A stretch of DNA of 64,000 nucleotides from Selaginella moellendorffii (lineage: Eukaryota > Plantae > Lycopodiophyta). The notes under the pieces were generated by a model. The model worked only from the letters and a program-made list of their open reading frames with translations, was not told where the DNA came from and ran no database searches. This document shows positions 61,593 through 64,000 of this stretch, piece by piece. Both the position numbers and the translations under genes were made by a program. The stretch covers positions 383,183 to 447,182 of the forward strand of contig NW_003314277.1 of NCBI RefSeq assembly GCF_000143415.4, written 5' to 3'. Each line of letters opens with the position of its first letter. Positions within the stretch are counted from its first letter, which is position 1.

Positions 61593-64000
61593 ATGCTCAG
61601 GCAATCACAGGGCTATCTGCGATGGATTGTGGAGAATTTCCGATCGTGCAAGGAGTGGCCGTGGGTGGATTCTGCGAGAACTTTGCTCGATCAGGATATT
61701 GCCAATGGATCCTCGATCAAGCAATCCCAATTCTCAGTGCCCAACATTGGATTGATACTCGATGGGCCAGCATTCGATCGGGAGGGCGCCCAATTCGGGG
61801 TTTCCAGCAATGGATCGTCCATTGAGCCGTGCTGGGTGGATCAGGAGCTCGGATTCTCGGAGCCCAACACCGGGCTCTATGGATCGCTGCTCAAGCGCTG
61901 CGTGGATCGCCGGGATCTTGCGGCCGGGAAGCGCGTCCATGCGCACGCTGTGGAGAGCGGTTATGCCAGAGATTCGTACGTGGAGAATTTCTTGATCCAG
62001 ATGTATGGAAAATGCCGGCGAGTGGATCTCGCCCGCGCGGTGTTTGACGCGATGCCCAGGAGGGATCTATTCTCCTGGAACATCATTATCACAGCATATA
62101 CCCAGAATGGGCATTCACTGAAAGCGCTAGAACTCTTTCAAGTAATGCGAGACTCCGGGATCAAACCAGATGTGTTCGTGCTCTCTAGCGCGATGGGAGC
62201 GTATGCCCGGTGTGGGCAGATCGATCGAGCAAGAGAAATTTTCGATGCGATGGAGACGAGAGATCCGGCAAGCTGGACCGCGATAATCTCTGCATATGCC
62301 CAGCAAGGGGATCCAGCCTTGGCTATGGAGCTCTACTGGCGGATGAATCTCGAGGGAATGGAGCCCAATCGGCTAACATACGTGAGCTTACTGGGGGGCT
62401 GCGCGAGCCTTGGCGCGCTAGATCACGGGAAATCGATCTACTCGCGGTTTCTGGCAAGGGGATTCCAGGCGGATCTCATGATCCAGAGCGCGCTGCTCAA
62501 TCTCCACTCCAAATGCGGCAGCCTCGAGGACGCGAGAGCGCAATTCGCGACGATCACTGACCGGGACGCGGCGGCATGGACGAGCATGATCGAGGCATCC
62601 GCGCGGCATGGGCGGTACGTGGAAGCGGTGACTCTCTACCGCGAGATGACGCTCGATGGCGTGACGCCCGACGCGGTCGCGTACGTGGCGGTGCTGGGGG
62701 CGTGCGCGGCGCTGGGTGCCGCCGCGGTACACGTGGGACGTTCGGTCCATGCCGCGCTGCACGCCGCTGGGCTCGGGCACCACACGCGGGTGTCCACCGC
62801 GCTGCTTAACATGTACGGCCGGTGCGGCAGCTCGTGCGACGCGCGGCACGCCTTTGAGCGGATCCACGCCAAGGACGTGGTGGCGTGGAACGCGATGCTT
62901 CGCGCGCTCGCCCGCCACGAGCGGTACGCCGAGGCGTTTGATCTCTTCCTCGCGATGGACGCGCCGCCGGACTCGATCACGTTTGGGACGCTGCTGACGG
63001 CGTGCTGCTGCGGCGCGGCCCTGGGCCATGGGCGGCGCATCCACGAGCGGCTTAACCTCCACCATGCCGTCGGCGGTATCAAACTCGAGGTGGAGATGTA
63101 CAACCTCCTGCTCAACATGTACGCGAAGTGTGGCAGCATCGAGGAGGCCCGCGCGGTATTCGAGCGCATGCCCGCGCGGACTCTCGTGGGCTGGAATGCC
63201 ATGGTCGTGTGGTACGCGCGGTACGCTATCCCCAGGGAGGCGCTGCATCTCTTCCAAGAGATGGCCTCGCTCGACGGCCTGGAACCCGACGTTGTGAGCT
63301 GCATTGGCGCGCTGGCGGCATGCGCGAGCCTGGGCTACCTCACCGAGGGCCGCGCGGTACACCGCGCATGTACCGCGCGGATCATGACCGGCGACGACCA
63401 GCGCCGCGACGTCGTGCTGTGGACGAGCCTCGTCAACATGTACGCGAAATGTGGCGAGATTGAGGAGGCGAGCTTGGTTTTCGAGGAGATGGACGAGCGC
63501 AACGCAGTCTCGTTTAACGCGATGATGGCGGCATTCGCCCAGAATGGGCATTTGGATCGGGCATTGGGGCTGTACCGACGGATGATCTGCGAGGAGGGCC
63601 TTGACGCCGACGTCGTGACGCTGCTGTGCTTGCTCGTGGCATGCAACCACGCTGGGCTTTACGCGCAGGGCAGGGATCTCTTCGTCCAGCTGCGCGGCGA
63701 CCACGAGTGGATCGCGCCAGCGGTGGATCACTACCACTGCCTGGTGGATCTGCTGAGCCGGGCGGGGCGGATAGATGTCGCGGAGGAGATCTTGGTGTGG
63801 ATGCCGTTCCAGCCGGGGGCGATTGGGTGGAAATCGCTGCTGAATGGGTGTGCCGTGCACGGGGATCCGGTGCGAGGGGCCAGGGCCGCCGCAATCGCGT
63901 GCCGCTTGGATCCGGTCGACTCGTCCCAGTACGTGCTGCTGTCCAATGCGTATGCCTGGAATGATCTCGAGGATGTGAGGAAAACGCTGGATCTCTGCGA
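61593..64000 (+). CDS. PLS-class PPR-E protein, running off the window end (absent from the ORF track because there is no stop)
   Basis: LYGSLLKRC...GKRVHAH, FLIQMYGKC, LFSWNIII, LVNMYAKCG, ACNHAG, HYHCLVDLLSRAG and YVLLSNAY read in one frame. Confidence 0.88.
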   Translation, partial: MLRQSQGYLRWIVENFRSCKEWPWVDSARTLLDQDIANGSSIKQSQFSVPNIGLILDGPAFDREGAQFGVSSNGSSIEPCWVDQELGFSEPNTGLYGSLLKRCVDRRDLAAGKRVHAHAVESGYARDSYVENFLIQMYGKCRRVDLARAVFDAMPRRDLFSWNIIITAYTQNGHSLKALELFQVMRDSGIKPDVFVLSSAMGAYARCGQIDRAREIFDAMETRDPASWTAIISAYAQQGDPALAMELYWRMNLEGMEPNRLTYVSLLGGCASLGALDHGKSIYSRFLARGFQADLMIQSALLNLHSKCGSLEDARAQFATITDRDAAAWTSMIEASARHGRYVEAVTLYREMTLDGVTPDAVAYVAVLGACAALGAAAVHVGRSVHAALHAAGLGHHTRVSTALLNMYGRCGSSCDARHAFERIHAKDVVAWNAMLRALARHERYAEAFDLFLAMDAPPDSITFGTLLTACCCGAALGHGRRIHERLNLHHAVGGIKLEVEMYNLLLNMYAKCGSIEEARAVFERMPARTLVGWNAMVVWYARYAIPREALHLFQEMASLDGLEPDVVSCIGALAACASLGYLTEGRAVHRACTARIMTGDDQRRDVVLWTSLVNMYAKCGEIEEASLVFEEMDERNAVSFNAMMAAFAQNGHLDRALGLYRRMICEEGLDADVVTLLCLLVACNHAGLYAQGRDLFVQLRGDHEWIAPAVDHYHCLVDLLSRAGRIDVAEEILVWMPFQPGAIGWKSLLNGCAVHGDPVRGARAAAIACRLDPVDSSQYVLLSNAYAWNDLEDVRKTLDLC

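Noticed and set aside
62418-63860. 480-aa minus-strand ORF and similar ORFs inside PPR genes
   Set aside because: Antisense shadows in GC-rich PPR coding DNA; the true frame is on the other strand.

Overview
Eukaryotic nuclear DNA from a very compact plant genome. Introns are about 50-70 nt, intergenic gaps are tiny, PPR genes are frequent, and both a flagellar DRC11/IQCA1 gene and a microbial-type terpene synthase relic are present, so this is most likely the lycophyte Selaginella (inference). Apparently intact genes: DEAH helicase, secreted bulb-lectin chimera, KUP/HAK transporter, three PPRs, enone/alkenal reductase, aspartic protease, RING E3 ligase, DRC11, an orphan protein, RUS6, cpFtsY, two Tpt1/KptA paralogues, TRAPPC13, ferredoxin-MBL hydrolase, Zn/Cd HMA and PARG. 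There are also two tRNAs (Ser-GCT, Ile-AAT), several pseudogene relics and two assembly gaps. Highlights: (1) PARG and a Tpt1/TRPT1 gene overlap tail-to-tail in their coding sequences, a candidate ADP-ribose eraser/writer antisense pair, with a second N-terminally extended Tpt1 17 kb away. (2) A hidden tandem duplication of a GH3-tRNA-DEAH-KUP-lectin block has been resolved by reciprocal gene loss. (3) An AT-rich secreted lectin is fused to a domain I cannot recognise. (4) A degraded microbial-type terpene synthase sits next to an enone reductase. (5) A U12-type intron splits the IQ motif of DRC11. (6) The HMA has an extra His/Cys-rich N-terminal domain. (7) tRNA-Ile lies 57 nt upstream of a PPR start codon. 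All assignments come from motifs read by eye; no database searches were run.
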